DNA of 64,000 bases from the IMG/VR virus record IMGVR_UViG_3300031555_001542, positions 32,001 to 96,000 of that record; one strand, given 5' to 3'. Under the pieces are notes generated by a model. It saw only the letters and a list, made by a program, of their open reading frames with translations, was not told the origin of the DNA and made no database searches. The translations under genes were made by a program, and so were the position numbers. This DNA is from a virus (lineage: Duplodnaviria; Caudoviricetes). Positions 30,701-41,480 of this stretch are shown here, in pieces. Position 1 is the stretch's first letter; each line of letters opens with the position of its first letter.

Positions 30701-30851
30701 ACGAGAGAGCGTCATAATGTGACGATGTAACAGTCTGAACACGAGCAACACCGCTATAAAGAAGCTCGTGAGGAAAGCTCAGAGGTAATCAGACCACTTA
30801 AAGAAGAAGCTTTCCCGCCTATTTAAAATAGGTCATAAAAGTAACAGCTTG

Positions 30852-33605
30852 AAGTACAATTTTAATAATGATAAGTCCAGTCCAGAAGTCTTTGGCTTCG
30901 CAGCTGGTGACGAGTCTTGGGAAATCAGAAATAATACATCTAATCGTGTTCTATGGAAGTCTGCTGATTTCAATGGAACAGATTGGCTAAACGACTTTGA
31001 AGCTAGATACCCAGAAGATAACACTAATACTGAAAATCTATCTGCCCTAGCTACTTGGCTGGTGTCTACAGATCAGAGTGCAGCCACTAATGAGGCGCTA
31101 AATCCTGCCGTAACATATGGTGATGTCACCTACGACAAAGATACTGCAGAGTATCGTTTGGCTAAGTTTAAGAACGAGATTTCTAATTACTTAGAACTTG
31201 ACAGCGCTTTATTCTATTATTTATTCACAGAACTTTTCTTGATGGTTGACTCTAGAGCAAAGAACGCCTTCCCCACTCTATACAGTGGTGGTAAATGGTG
31301 CTGGCTACCTTACGATATGGACACCGCTATTGGTACTAATAACGAAGGTGCCTTGACATTCTCCTATGAGTTAGAAGATATCGACCAGACTTCTACTGGA
31401 GCAGATGTCTATAACGGACAAGATAGCGTTATGTGGATTAACCTACGTGCAGCATTTATGGACGAACTTCGCACAATGTATCAAAAGTTACGTTCTGATG
31501 AAGCAATTTCTTATGCCGACACAGAAAGACGTTTTGAGGAACATCAGAATGTATGGCCAGAGGCTATTTTCAATGAAGATAGCTATTATAAGTATCTTGA
31601 GCCCCTATTTAATGACAATACAGCATCATATCTAGGAATGTTACAAGGCAGTAAGGCAGAACAGCGTAAGTGGTGGCTATATAATAGATTCCGTTATATT
31701 GACAGTAAGTATAACGCTGGTGATGCACAAAAGGACTTTATTACTCTTCGTGGCTATGCTAAGGATGATATCACAGTTACTCCTTATGCTGATATTTATG
31801 CAACCATTAAATACGGTTCTTATCTAGAGCAGGTTCGTGCTCTTCGTGGTGGTAATTATACTCTAGAATGTCCACTAGACAATGTTAATGATACAGAAAT
31901 TTATATCTACTCAGCTTCTCAGTTGGCTGATATTGGTGATATATCTGGTCTGAAGGTTGGTTATGCCGACTTCTCTATGGGCACAAAGTTACAGAATCTA
32001 AAGGTCGGCGATGCATCTGCTGACTATAGTAATGAAAACTTAATCGAGCTATATCTTGGCAATAATACGTTGCTAAAAACACTAGATATACGCAATTGTC
32101 CAAACTTAACTCAGTCTGTTGATGTATCAGGTTGCTCTAATATTGAAAACATCTATTTTGATGGAACGGCTATTACTGGTTTGACTCTACCTAATGGTGG
32201 TATTCTAAAAGTTCTGCACTTACCAGAAACTATTACAAACCTAACTCTTAGAAATCAAACTGCATTAACTGAATTTGTAATTCCATCTTATGCCAATGTT
32301 ACAACCTTAAGACTGGAAAACAATAGTGACATTATTAATCCTATGGATATTCTTGAGCAAGTTCCTGCAAATAGTCGTGTTAGAATCATTGGTTTTGATC
32401 TTGATGTTGAATCTGTTGACGAAATTGTAGCATTCTACGATAAGCTAGACACTATGAGAGGACTTGACGAACAAGGTAATAACATGGACAAGCCTCAAAT
32501 GTCTGGCAAGATTCATATCGATCACATTTATGGTTCTGAATTAGAGCAAATGAACTCTAGATATCCAACTATCACTATTACTTATAATAAACTTACAAGC
32601 TATCTGAACTTCTACAACGAGGATGGTAGCGAGCTACTTTATACTGCTATAGTTGAAAACGGTGGAGATGGGATGTATGTTGGCTCTGAGGTAACTAAAG
32701 AAAGCACCGCACAATATGCATATGATTTTGCTGGATGGAGTAAGACTCCTGGTGGTTCTGCTGAGAATGATGCTATTGCTACTGTTATTTATGACAGAAA
32801 TGTCTATGCTTGCTTTAATGCAACTGTAAGAAAGTATAATGTATATTATTATAACGGAGACATTTTGTTACAGACATATACGGATGTTCCTTATGGTAAC
32901 AGTGTAAGCTACACTGGAGAGGATCCAGTATATAGTGGTAATTATGCCGAAGATTGGGAATTTGTTGGATTTAGTCCAGATGGCAGTTCTATCGTAGGTA
33001 AAACAAATTGCTATGCTCAGTATAATTATATTGGTGTTGTATCTAGAGCATTAATTAAACGTAGTTTAGGCGGCGAATATGAGAATGATAGAGTTACTGA
33101 AATTGGAAGCCATGCTTTTGATGGATGTTCCGAATTGACCGCTGTATATATTCCAAACGTAATAAGTATTGGGGATTCGGCATTCGCCAACTGCAACAAG
33201 TTAACTGATATTAATGTTCCTAAATTATTAGAGATTGGTCACTCTTCTTTTGTACAATGTTCGTCGTTGAAGAATATAAGTTTCTCACGTGTAACTAGTG
33301 TTGGTTGGTATGCATTCCAGTTATGTACAAACTTAGAGAAGGCAGAATTTTATAAAACATGTCATTTTAAACATGCGTTTATGCAGTGCGAGAAGCTAGA
33401 TACGTTAATATTACATAGTACTGACGCTATATGTACAACAGAGTCCTCTACACTTGGTGGAACTAAAATTGCAAACGGTACAGGTTATATTTATGTTCCT
33501 AAGGCATTGATTGAACAATATAAGACCGCACAGTATTGGAAAAATTATGCCGACCAGTTCCGTGCAATTGAAGACTACCCTGATATTTGTGGAGGTGAAG
33601 AATAA
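30852..33605 (+). CDS. exon 2 of CotH-kinase-like protein (kinase C-lobe, LRRs, BspA-type LRR C-terminus)
   Basis: VDSRAKN and PYDMDTAIG motifs; IGxxAFxxCxxL repeats. Confidence 0.8.
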   Translation, partial: KYNFNNDKSSPEVFGFAAGDESWEIRNNTSNRVLWKSADFNGTDWLNDFEARYPEDNTNTENLSALATWLVSTDQSAATNEALNPAVTYGDVTYDKDTAEYRLAKFKNEISNYLELDSALFYYLFTELFLMVDSRAKNAFPTLYSGGKWCWLPYDMDTAIGTNNEGALTFSYELEDIDQTSTGADVYNGQDSVMWINLRAAFMDELRTMYQKLRSDEAISYADTERRFEEHQNVWPEAIFNEDSYYKYLEPLFNDNTASYLGMLQGSKAEQRKWWLYNRFRYIDSKYNAGDAQKDFITLRGYAKDDITVTPYADIYATIKYGSYLEQVRALRGGNYTLECPLDNVNDTEIYIYSASQLADIGDISGLKVGYADFSMGTKLQNLKVGDASADYSNENLIELYLGNNTLLKTLDIRNCPNLTQSVDVSGCSNIENIYFDGTAITGLTLPNGGILKVLHLPETITNLTLRNQTALTEFVIPSYANVTTLRLENNSDIINPMDILEQVPANSRVRIIGFDLDVESVDEIVAFYDKLDTMRGLDEQGNNMDKPQMSGKIHIDHIYGSELEQMNSRYPTITITYNKLTSYLNFYNEDGSELLYTAIVENGGDGMYVGSEVTKESTAQYAYDFAGWSKTPGGSAENDAIATVIYDRNVYACFNATVRKYNVYYYNGDILLQTYTDVPYGNSVSYTGEDPVYSGNYAEDWEFVGFSPDGSSIVGKTNCYAQYNYIGVVSRALIKRSLGGEYENDRVTEIGSHAFDGCSELTAVYIPNVISIGDSAFANCNKLTDINVPKLLEIGHSSFVQCSSLKNISFSRVTSVGWYAFQLCTNLEKAEFYKTCHFKHAFMQCEKLDTLILHSTDAICTTESSTLGGTKIANGTGYIYVPKALIEQYKTAQYWKNYADQFRAIEDYPDICGGEE

Positions 33606-34888
33606 TGGCAAATTTTATAAATACTGTTGATGCACTTGGTGATAATGTAGTTGCTGATAGTATTATTAATCGTAGCATTGTTGAGTGTAAAGATAATATT
33701 GTTTCATTTATAGGCGATGATGCATTCTATGGTTGTTATGAATTGACAACCATAGATTTTCCTGCCGTTACTAATATAGGAAATAGTGCATTTAAGTATT
33801 GTGCATCATTAGTTACAACCATTTTAAGAAACGAGAGTATGGTGTCTTTAGCTCATAAGAGTGTGTTTGACAATTGTTATCATATTCAAGGTATCACAAA
33901 CTCAACATATAATACAACTGGTGCAAAAAATGGTTATTTTTATGTGCCATCTGTTCTGTATGATTCTTACATAGCAGATAGTGTATGGTCTACTTTCGCA
34001 AGTCAGTTTCGTAAGTTAGAGGAGTGGACTGTGGATGGCACTACTACTGGAGAACTAGATCTCGTGAACAGACATATGGTTAGATTCTTTAACAGTGATG
34101 GTACTCTATTGGGCTATCAGATTGTTGCAACAGGAGAGGATGCAAGTTACGACGGTACACCTGTTTGTCCTGATAATTCTTCTGCTCCATTTGTTGGATT
34201 TAAACCTCAGCCAATTAGCGTGACTGCCGATGTGGATTGTTATGCACAATACATATCGTTTGCAACTGCAACATGGGCGGAGATTGCGGCATTGTCCGAA
34301 AGAGGTGAGGCGGCAAACATTTTTGCTATTGGTGATACAAAAACCGTAGAAATGCTTGATGGCGGCAGTATCACTTTTGAAATTGTCGGATTTGACCATG
34401 ATGATTTGGCAGATGGAACTGGCAAAGCTGGTATCTCTATTTTGGCAAAAGATGTTCGAAGTTCTGACAGTCACTACGATAGTGCAAAGGCAATCTGGCC
34501 AAATGGAACGTTACGAACACAGGCACGTGGATATAGTGAGAAACTTCCAGCCGATTTAGTTTCTGTGATTAAGCCAGTTCTAAAGAAAACTTGCATAGGT
34601 ACGCCAGACACACATACCACATCAACGTATACAGAAACAATTTGGCTGCCATCTGTGGGCGAGTATTGCATATCTAGTAATAATACTGATGGTCCTACTT
34701 ATGAACGTTTCAAAGTCCAATTAGATAACGTTAGAACTTGCAGTGGTAGTGCCGTTAAAGCATTCGTTCGCAGCACCGACGGGTTTTGTAATGGTTACAG
34801 ATATAACGCTATCGATACAGAAGGAAACGAGATAATTTACTCTGGAGGCTATTATACAGCATACATTACAATTGGTTTCTGCGTCTAA
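33605..34888 (+). CDS. BspA-type LRR plus DUF6273-like C-terminal domain, putative receptor-binding protein
   Basis: IGDDAFYGCYEL; GFDHDDLADG.GKA; IWLPS..E; IGFCV terminus. Confidence 0.7.
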   Translation: MANFINTVDALGDNVVADSIINRSIVECKDNIVSFIGDDAFYGCYELTTIDFPAVTNIGNSAFKYCASLVTTILRNESMVSLAHKSVFDNCYHIQGITNSTYNTTGAKNGYFYVPSVLYDSYIADSVWSTFASQFRKLEEWTVDGTTTGELDLVNRHMVRFFNSDGTLLGYQIVATGEDASYDGTPVCPDNSSAPFVGFKPQPISVTADVDCYAQYISFATATWAEIAALSERGEAANIFAIGDTKTVEMLDGGSITFEIVGFDHDDLADGTGKAGISILAKDVRSSDSHYDSAKAIWPNGTLRTQARGYSEKLPADLVSVIKPVLKKTCIGTPDTHTTSTYTETIWLPSVGEYCISSNNTDGPTYERFKVQLDNVRTCSGSAVKAFVRSTDGFCNGYRYNAIDTEGNEIIYSGGYYTAYITIGFCV

Positions 34889-34898
34889 GTAACCAAAA

Positions 34899-34920
34899 GC
34901 ACCATCCTCCGGGGTGGTGC
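34899..34920 (+). terminator. GC-rich hairpin after gene
   Basis: GCACCATCC-TCCG-GGGTGGTGC. Confidence 0.5.
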
Positions 34921-34945
34921 TTACCTATAACAAATATATAGTGGG

Positions 34946-35335
34946 GTGATAAAAATGAATATTGTACAAGCACTGCAAAAAGTTAAAAATGACTTGTTAG
35001 TTTTTATTACTACCAATTTAAACAATAAGTCAGACGTAGGTCATACTCACGATGAATATGCAAGTTCATCTCACGATCATGTTTTGGCAACTACATCTGC
35101 GCCAGGATTTATGGATGTATCCGATAAAGTTATGTTAGAGAATTTATCTACACTAGTTGGAGATACTTCAGTTTCGGAGCAGATTAATAACGCAGTTGAT
35201 CAAATAAACATTCCAACACTTGCCGAGCACTTGACGGAAGAAGAGATGATACTATCGTCACTACAGTATGGAAATGAATTCCCATCTGTAGGAATTCAAG
35301 GAAAAATCTTTTTTAAGAAGGCAGGAACTTCTTAA
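34946..35335 (+). CDS. fiber-module protein
   Basis: HTH/HDH His motifs, LVGDTSVSEQI, GKIFFK terminus. Confidence 0.65.
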   Translation: MIKMNIVQALQKVKNDLLVFITTNLNNKSDVGHTHDEYASSSHDHVLATTSAPGFMDVSDKVMLENLSTLVGDTSVSEQINNAVDQINIPTLAEHLTEEEMILSSLQYGNEFPSVGIQGKIFFKKAGTS

Positions 35336-35363
35336 TATAAATACTTAAAAAGGAGGCAAAGAG

Positions 35364-35783
35364 ATGGCAGAAATTCTTGTAACTGCAATAAGAACAGAAA
35401 AAGGAGATCAGCGAATTGACTATAATGCCTTAGCTAATTTGCCTGAATTTGATGCCACGCTGTCTAGCTCAGGAAAGATTGCTGACGCTAAGGCAGTTGG
35501 TGATAAGATAAACGAAACGATAAAAAATATTAATACAAAAATTGAAGAGCATAAATATTCTGCGGAAGATGTTACTAGTGGTATTTTTAGCACTGATAGA
35601 ATTCCAGTTATTCCTATGAGTAAAGGTGGTACTGAGGCAACATCTGGTAGTGATGGCTTGAAAAATTTACTAGCGGCTGGTCCAATGGTTTTATCTTCTA
35701 ATCAATATGGTGTAGCAGATAAGTTACCTGCTTCGGCAATAATAGGACAAATATTTTTTGTGAAAGCTGAGGTGGGTAAATAA
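35364..35783 (+). CDS. fiber-module protein
   Basis: IADAKAVG, KGGT, GQIFFVK motifs. Confidence 0.65.
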   Translation: MAEILVTAIRTEKGDQRIDYNALANLPEFDATLSSSGKIADAKAVGDKINETIKNINTKIEEHKYSAEDVTSGIFSTDRIPVIPMSKGGTEATSGSDGLKNLLAAGPMVLSSNQYGVADKLPASAIIGQIFFVKAEVGK

Positions 35784-37174
35784 TGGCGAGTACACATAGT
35801 TGGAGTAATAGCAGCAATACAACATCTTATATAAATGGAGAATCATACAGTAGAATAGGTGCTGGCATAGCAACTGGCGGTGAAAGAATAGTTCAAAAGC
35901 TTTGGTTTACAACTGGCGATACTGGCGGAACAAGTTTTAATTTTACATATTATCCTTATATGTATTGGCTGGAAGGCAGTGGTGTTTATTTTGAAGATGC
36001 TGGCACTTTAAGTTATAAAATAGTTCCTAAAAGCGAAGAAACAAAATATTATAATATTACAAGTGGCGGCACCGTAATGTCTAGAAGTAGTGGTAGTACT
36101 GTTCATACTGTAACAAATCAGTCTTATGTATTTCTTCCAAATACTGAATATTGTATATTTCTTTACGGCACCTCCAAAGGCTTCTATTTATATTCCTATG
36201 GTAGCTCTTTTGGTTCCGCAACCCTAACTATAAACGGCAATTCAGTATATAATCTTACTACAAATGCAACTAATTCAACTATTAAAGTTACTTGTACGGA
36301 ATCTCCACTTGGAAAAACCGCAACAGATGGTACTGTTCTTAATAATAACACAACTATTTATCACGGTGATAAGTTAAAGATAACTTTTGAACCAGATACT
36401 GGGTATAATATTGACACTCATACAGTTAATGACTCATCTTTTACTTCTGGTAATACACATACTGTATCCAGCGACGTAACAGTTAAGTCTACTGCTTCTG
36501 TGAAATATTATAAGCTTACAGTAACTGAAGGAAAAGGCTCAGATATTACTATTACTTGCACAAGCTCACCTCTTGGTGGAGTAACAACACCAAAAGATTT
36601 GAGTAGTGGCGGTACTATTTATTACAACGATGTACTGACAATATCTTTTAAGCCAATTGAAGGGTATAATCTTGCTACCCATACAGTTAACGGTTCACCT
36701 TGGACTTCTGGAGTAGCATATACGGTTTCAGATAGTAATGCCAAAAATGTAACCGTTGCATCGACGGCAACTGTTAAATCTTATACACTTACGGTAAGTA
36801 AAGGAGAAGGTTCTTCTATTACTATAACTAGAACAAACTCTCCACTTAAGAGCGCTACGGAAACAAACCTAAGCGGCGGTGGAACTATTTATCATGGTGA
36901 TGTGTTGCAAATAACCACTTCGGCAGACATAATACATGAAATATTGAATCAGACTATAACAACGTCGAGTGGAACCGCTTCTTTCACATCTGGCGATTCT
37001 CATGCCGTTAAAAGTGATGTTACCGTAGCTACAACTACAAGGATTTTAGGTATCGCTCATATTAGTAACGGCACAGAATTTGAAACATACTTAGTTTATA
37101 TTTACGATGATGATGGATGGTCTCAATACATACCTTATATTTATGATGGTACAAATTGGGTTGTCTGTAATTAG
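35783..37174 (+). CDS. Ser/Thr-rich beta-repeat protein with three ~90 aa repeats
   Basis: YxLT...SxIxxTxTxSPL...TIY..D.L.I repeated three times. Confidence 0.7.
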   Translation: MASTHSWSNSSNTTSYINGESYSRIGAGIATGGERIVQKLWFTTGDTGGTSFNFTYYPYMYWLEGSGVYFEDAGTLSYKIVPKSEETKYYNITSGGTVMSRSSGSTVHTVTNQSYVFLPNTEYCIFLYGTSKGFYLYSYGSSFGSATLTINGNSVYNLTTNATNSTIKVTCTESPLGKTATDGTVLNNNTTIYHGDKLKITFEPDTGYNIDTHTVNDSSFTSGNTHTVSSDVTVKSTASVKYYKLTVTEGKGSDITITCTSSPLGGVTTPKDLSSGGTIYYNDVLTISFKPIEGYNLATHTVNGSPWTSGVAYTVSDSNAKNVTVASTATVKSYTLTVSKGEGSSITITRTNSPLKSATETNLSGGGTIYHGDVLQITTSADIIHEILNQTITTSSGTASFTSGDSHAVKSDVTVATTTRILGIAHISNGTEFETYLVYIYDDDGWSQYIPYIYDGTNWVVCN

Positions 37175-37185
37175 GGGGTGAAAAG

Positions 37186-37893
37186 ATGCCTCAAAACATA
37201 TTCAAAATTTATGATGGACGTACAAACTTCTGGCAGTGGGACACCAAGCAAAAGTTAATTGTTTTGGATGATCGTATTACCGAGGTACGTTTTTCTAATA
37301 GGAACATGGAACATTCTAAGAGAAGACCTGTTTATACTGATAATAATGGTGTTAGAATTTGTAATGTTCCAGATTTATTATTGCAACTTCCAAAGAATTT
37401 AGTTGCTTATGCTTGTATGAAAAATGATGATGGTTCATGTAGTACTGTTAAAGCAGTTAAGTTTGCTGTCAATAGACAACCAATTCCTGCCGACTATATT
37501 TGTGAACAAGAGTCTGTTGTTGAAGATATCCTTATGAGACTCGAACTACTTGAGACTTTACTTAAGGATGTTGAAACTGGTGCCAAAGAAATGAAGAAAT
37601 TTGAAAACATCGTTGATGCGGCAAAATGGGCCATGAAAGATGGCAAACCCGGTGATATTGTTGTTGTTAAGCTAGATATTGGTTGGGTTCCACATGTTGT
37701 TGAAGATAACAAGAGTCTAAAAGCCATTTGCAATTGTGACGGTGAAGAAGTTGTTCTTCATTTTGATGGTGAGGATGCTGATGGCATTGATGCCACCGAA
37801 GATGAAACTATTATTTACTTTAATGGTAATTATGTGGATGACAAAGATAGCGTTGTTCAGTATTTCGATGGCGGTTCAGCTTTTGGTATTTAA
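37186..37893 (+). CDS. BppU-like upper baseplate/fiber adaptor
   Basis: FWQWD, VPDLLLQ, PxDYI pattern. Confidence 0.5.
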   Translation: MPQNIFKIYDGRTNFWQWDTKQKLIVLDDRITEVRFSNRNMEHSKRRPVYTDNNGVRICNVPDLLLQLPKNLVAYACMKNDDGSCSTVKAVKFAVNRQPIPADYICEQESVVEDILMRLELLETLLKDVETGAKEMKKFENIVDAAKWAMKDGKPGDIVVVKLDIGWVPHVVEDNKSLKAICNCDGEEVVLHFDGEDADGIDATEDETIIYFNGNYVDDKDSVVQYFDGGSAFGI

Positions 37894-37906
37894 CTGAGGT
37901 GGGCGT

Positions 37907-38266
37907 ATGGCAGAAGTAAGTCAAGTTAAAAAAATTATTTTTCAATTAAGAAGAGCGACTACAGAAGAGTGGAAAGCAAATGAAAATGTGATTCCACATG
38001 AGGGTGAGCCTTGCTATGACTTGGATCTTTGTACTTTAAAGATTGGTGATGGCAAGACACCTTACAAAGACCTTAAGGGAATTGGTGCAACATCAATTTC
38101 AGATGATGGTCTTTTTTTAATTGTAGAAAACTTGCAATCAGATGTTGATGAACTTCAAGAACTAGTTGATGGCACTTCTATTGATGCAAAAATTGACGAT
38201 GCACTTGATGACGTTATAGACGAATCTGAATTGCAAGATATTCTAAATTCAATATTAAATAATTAA
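37907..38266 (+). CDS. fiber protein with Mtd_N/hyaluronidase-N-like domain
   Basis: QLRRAT..EW....P..GEP......KIGDG. Confidence 0.65.
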   Translation: MAEVSQVKKIIFQLRRATTEEWKANENVIPHEGEPCYDLDLCTLKIGDGKTPYKDLKGIGATSISDDGLFLIVENLQSDVDELQELVDGTSIDAKIDDALDDVIDESELQDILNSILNN

Positions 38267-38281
38267 ATAGGAGGTGGCAAA

Positions 38282-39274
38282 ATGGCGGTTGTTAAAACGA
38301 TTAAGACGGTTTTTCAATTTCGTAGAGGAACTACTGCAGAATGGGAACTAAATAAAGGTATTATTCCCGCTGCTGGTGAACCTTGTTTCGACTTGGATTT
38401 AAACACGTTAAGAATCGGCAATGGCACTGATGCCTACGAAAACCTAGAACCTATTGGTGGCGTAAAATTTGAAATTGCTGCGGATGGCAAATCTATTGTC
38501 TTAGAGGACAATGTTCTAAAACTAGCTGGCTTTGATGCTGCAGAAGTTGGTGCGCAACCAAGAAAGAACGCAGATGGCAATATTGAGTGGATTGTTCCTT
38601 CTACTGAAACTGTTGATGAACTAAAGTCTACTGTTACAGAACTACAATCTAATGTTAGTGGTCTACAGACAGAGGTTTCTGGTCTAAAGGCGATTGTTGG
38701 TGCGGCTGATGAGGGCACTGGTACTTTGTTAGAAAGAATTGAGTCACTAGAAATCAAGATTGGTACTGGTGATGACACTATCGATGCAAAGATTGACGCC
38801 AAGATTAATGAATTTGCTTCAAGAGTGACTGCTGATGGCACTATTAACACCATTCAGGAATTAATTACTTATGTTGCAGACCATGGAAGTGTAGTAACAT
38901 CAATAGTTGACGACATTACTGCACTAAAGGGTCTTGTTGGTGATACTAAAGTTTCTGATCAAATCAACAATGCTGTTGCAAGTAAAGTTAATGTAGAAAC
39001 TGGCAAGTCTTTAATTGCCGACACTCTAATTGCAAAATTAGAAGCAATTGAGGAAGGTGCCCAGGTCAATAAGATTGAAGTTATTAATCTTGGAAACACC
39101 ACACTAGAGATTGTCGACAAGACGGTTACTATTCCGATTGGGGCAGGTCTAAAGTTCTCTGATGAAATCTCTGTGTCCGAAGATGGCACCGTTGGTATTG
39201 GAACTATTAGCTTTAGCAAGATTGCACAAGACGAAACTGAAATTATTGTTATGGACGGCGGTTCCGCTGTTTAA
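38282..39274 (+). CDS. fiber protein (Mtd_N-like plus coiled coil)
   Basis: QFRRGTTAEW..GEP..RIGNG; GAQVNKIE. Confidence 0.7.
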   Translation: MAVVKTIKTVFQFRRGTTAEWELNKGIIPAAGEPCFDLDLNTLRIGNGTDAYENLEPIGGVKFEIAADGKSIVLEDNVLKLAGFDAAEVGAQPRKNADGNIEWIVPSTETVDELKSTVTELQSNVSGLQTEVSGLKAIVGAADEGTGTLLERIESLEIKIGTGDDTIDAKIDAKINEFASRVTADGTINTIQELITYVADHGSVVTSIVDDITALKGLVGDTKVSDQINNAVASKVNVETGKSLIADTLIAKLEAIEEGAQVNKIEVINLGNTTLEIVDKTVTIPIGAGLKFSDEISVSEDGTVGIGTISFSKIAQDETEIIVMDGGSAV

Positions 39275-39277
39275 TAT

Positions 39278-39293
39278 GCAGTACAAAATTAAT
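39278..39293 (+). promoter_or_regulatory. repeated motif, copy 5 (GCAGTACAAAATTAAT)
   Basis: Intergenic, ahead of a strongly codon-biased gene. Confidence 0.55.
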
Positions 39294-39328
39294 ATTAAAA
39301 ACTTTTATATTTAAAGGAGAAATTAATT

Positions 39329-41395
39329 ATGGCTATTGAAAATGCAAAGACTCTAAATGTAAGAATTCGTAATAAGTATGACTCTTATGAAAATTGGGCT
39401 GCGTCTAGTTTAGTTCTAGAGGCAGGCGAAATTGCTATCGCATACACCACTGTTGATGTTAAGGTTGACAATGGTACAGCTCAGCATCCTGCCCTACTAA
39501 TGAAGGTCGGTGATGGCGAGAAAACTTTTGCAAACTTACCCTGGCTAAGCGCAAAGGCTGCAGATGTTGTTGCTGCATGTAAGTCTGAGGCTGCTCTAAC
39601 TGCTTTCGTCAATGCAGTTATTGCTGACGCTGGTATTGCTTCTGATGATGCTATGGAAGCACTAGCAGGTAGAGTTACTTCCGTTGAGAACGACCTAAAT
39701 ACTGCAACTACTGGCCTAAAGGCAAGAGTCACTACTGCTGAGGCTGCTATTGCTACTCTAAACGGTCTAGTTGGCGACACTAAGGTTGCTGATCAGATTA
39801 CTAATGCCATTAATGCTCTAAACCTAGCCGACACCTATGCTGCTAAGGTTCACAAGCACGAGATTGCTGATGTTAACGGTCTAAGCGATAGCATTGCTGC
39901 AGCTAAGAAAGCTGGCGATGATGCTGCTTCTGCTCTAGCTACTTACAAGACAACTAATGACGCCGCTGTTAAGGTTAACTCTGATGCAATCACTGCAATT
40001 AAGGACGGCGCTACTATCGACAGCTTTGCTGATGTTGAAGCTGCTCTAGCTGGTAAGCAGGGTACTGGCGATTACTCTGTGAATGGTCACAAGCACGAGA
40101 TTGCTGACGTAAATGGCCTATCTGACGCCATCGCTGATGCAAAGAAGGCTGGCACCGATGCTGCTGCTGCTGCTGGACAGGCTCTAATTGACGCCAAGGC
40201 TTATGCTGATGGACTAGTAGGCGATAAGACTGTTGGTGTTCAGATTACTGAGGCACTAGCTAATTATACCACTACTGATAGCATGAACTCTGCTATCGCT
40301 ACCGCTAAGGGTGAGGCTATTTCTCATGCTGATGGTCTAAATACCGCTATGGATGCTCGTGTTAAGGTCGTTGAGGGCAAGGCACACACTCACACCTTCG
40401 TTGAGTCTGAGCTAAACCTAATTAAGACTGGCGACGTTGCTAAGTGGAATGCTGCTGAGCAGAACGCTAAGGATTATGCTGATGATCTAGATGAGGCTAT
40501 GGATGTACGTATGCAGGCTGTTGAGGCTAAGCTTGGTGCTGGTGAAGGCGGTGTTGATGCTCAGATCAATGCTGCCGTTGCTGCCGAGGCTAAGCTACGT
40601 GACGATGCTGACAAGGCTCTACAGGCTCTAATTGAGGCTAATGATGCTGAGATTCTAGCTCTACAGGGTCTAGTTGGTGATGAGAATGTTGCTACTGCTA
40701 TTGAGAATGCTGTTAAGGCTGAGAAAGAAAGAGCTATGGGTGTCGAAGGCGGTCTAGAGACTAGACTAGCTGCTGTTGAGGCAAACTATGCAACTGATGC
40801 AGATGTTGAGGGTTTACAGACTCAGATCAACACTATTATGAACAATCCTGATGCTGAGGGCGCTATTAACTCTATCAATGAGTTCACTCAGTATGTTAAG
40901 GACCATGGTACTATTGCCGATGGTATGAGAACCGACATCAACAAGAATAAGGAAGATGTTGCTGGTCTAATCACTCGTATGGGCGCTGCCGAGACTGCTA
41001 TTGGCACTAAGGCTGAACAGGCTGATCTAACTGCTCTAGCTGGTCGTGTTACTACTGTTGAAGGCGACCTAAACATTGAGACCACTGGTCTAAAGGCTAG
41101 AATGACTGCTGCTGAGGCTGACATTGATGCTCTAGAAACCAAGGTTGGTGACAAGACTGTTGCTGCTCAGATTGAAGCCGCCATTGAGGCTCTAAAGATT
41201 GGCGATTATGCCAAGGCTGCTGATCTAACTGCTGCTATCAATCAGCACAATACTGACAAGGCTGCTCTAGAAGCTGATATTGCTAAGAAGGCTAATGATG
41301 CTGATCTAGCTGCAATTGCTAAGTCTGGTTCTACTGACGATCTAGTTCAGGGTGCTATGACCCTAGTCTTTGACTGTGGCGGTGCATCCGTCTAA
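39329..41395 (+). CDS. long Ala-rich coiled-coil fiber protein
   Basis: GEIA..KVGDG N-terminus; two HKHEIADVNGL repeats; CTA-biased codons. Confidence 0.75.
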   Translation: MAIENAKTLNVRIRNKYDSYENWAASSLVLEAGEIAIAYTTVDVKVDNGTAQHPALLMKVGDGEKTFANLPWLSAKAADVVAACKSEAALTAFVNAVIADAGIASDDAMEALAGRVTSVENDLNTATTGLKARVTTAEAAIATLNGLVGDTKVADQITNAINALNLADTYAAKVHKHEIADVNGLSDSIAAAKKAGDDAASALATYKTTNDAAVKVNSDAITAIKDGATIDSFADVEAALAGKQGTGDYSVNGHKHEIADVNGLSDAIADAKKAGTDAAAAAGQALIDAKAYADGLVGDKTVGVQITEALANYTTTDSMNSAIATAKGEAISHADGLNTAMDARVKVVEGKAHTHTFVESELNLIKTGDVAKWNAAEQNAKDYADDLDEAMDVRMQAVEAKLGAGEGGVDAQINAAVAAEAKLRDDADKALQALIEANDAEILALQGLVGDENVATAIENAVKAEKERAMGVEGGLETRLAAVEANYATDADVEGLQTQINTIMNNPDAEGAINSINEFTQYVKDHGTIADGMRTDINKNKEDVAGLITRMGAAETAIGTKAEQADLTALAGRVTTVEGDLNIETTGLKARMTAAEADIDALETKVGDKTVAAQIEAAIEALKIGDYAKAADLTAAINQHNTDKAALEADIAKKANDADLAAIAKSGSTDDLVQGAMTLVFDCGGASV

Positions 41396-41411
41396 TTATT
41401 AAATAGAAAAC

Positions 41412-41441
41412 GAGTGGGGCTGAAATGATGCCCCACTCTTT
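41412..41441 (+). terminator. terminator-like hairpin
   Basis: GAGTGGGGC-9nt-GCCCCACTC-TTT. Confidence 0.6.
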
Positions 41442-41480
41442 CTCTAAAATCTGAAATGATGATTTGAAGGAGAAATAAAT

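Larger units (their letters stand above)
29854..30851 (+). mobile_element. group I intron (998 nt) carrying a homing endonuclease
   Basis: P1 ATCGGT/GCCGAT with U-G at the 5' splice site; P3 CTCTCTC/GAGAGAG; P7 GACT/AGTC; P8 CGTCAT/GTGACG; terminal G at 30851; splicing gives in-frame FIG|KYNFNNDK. Confidence 0.9.
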
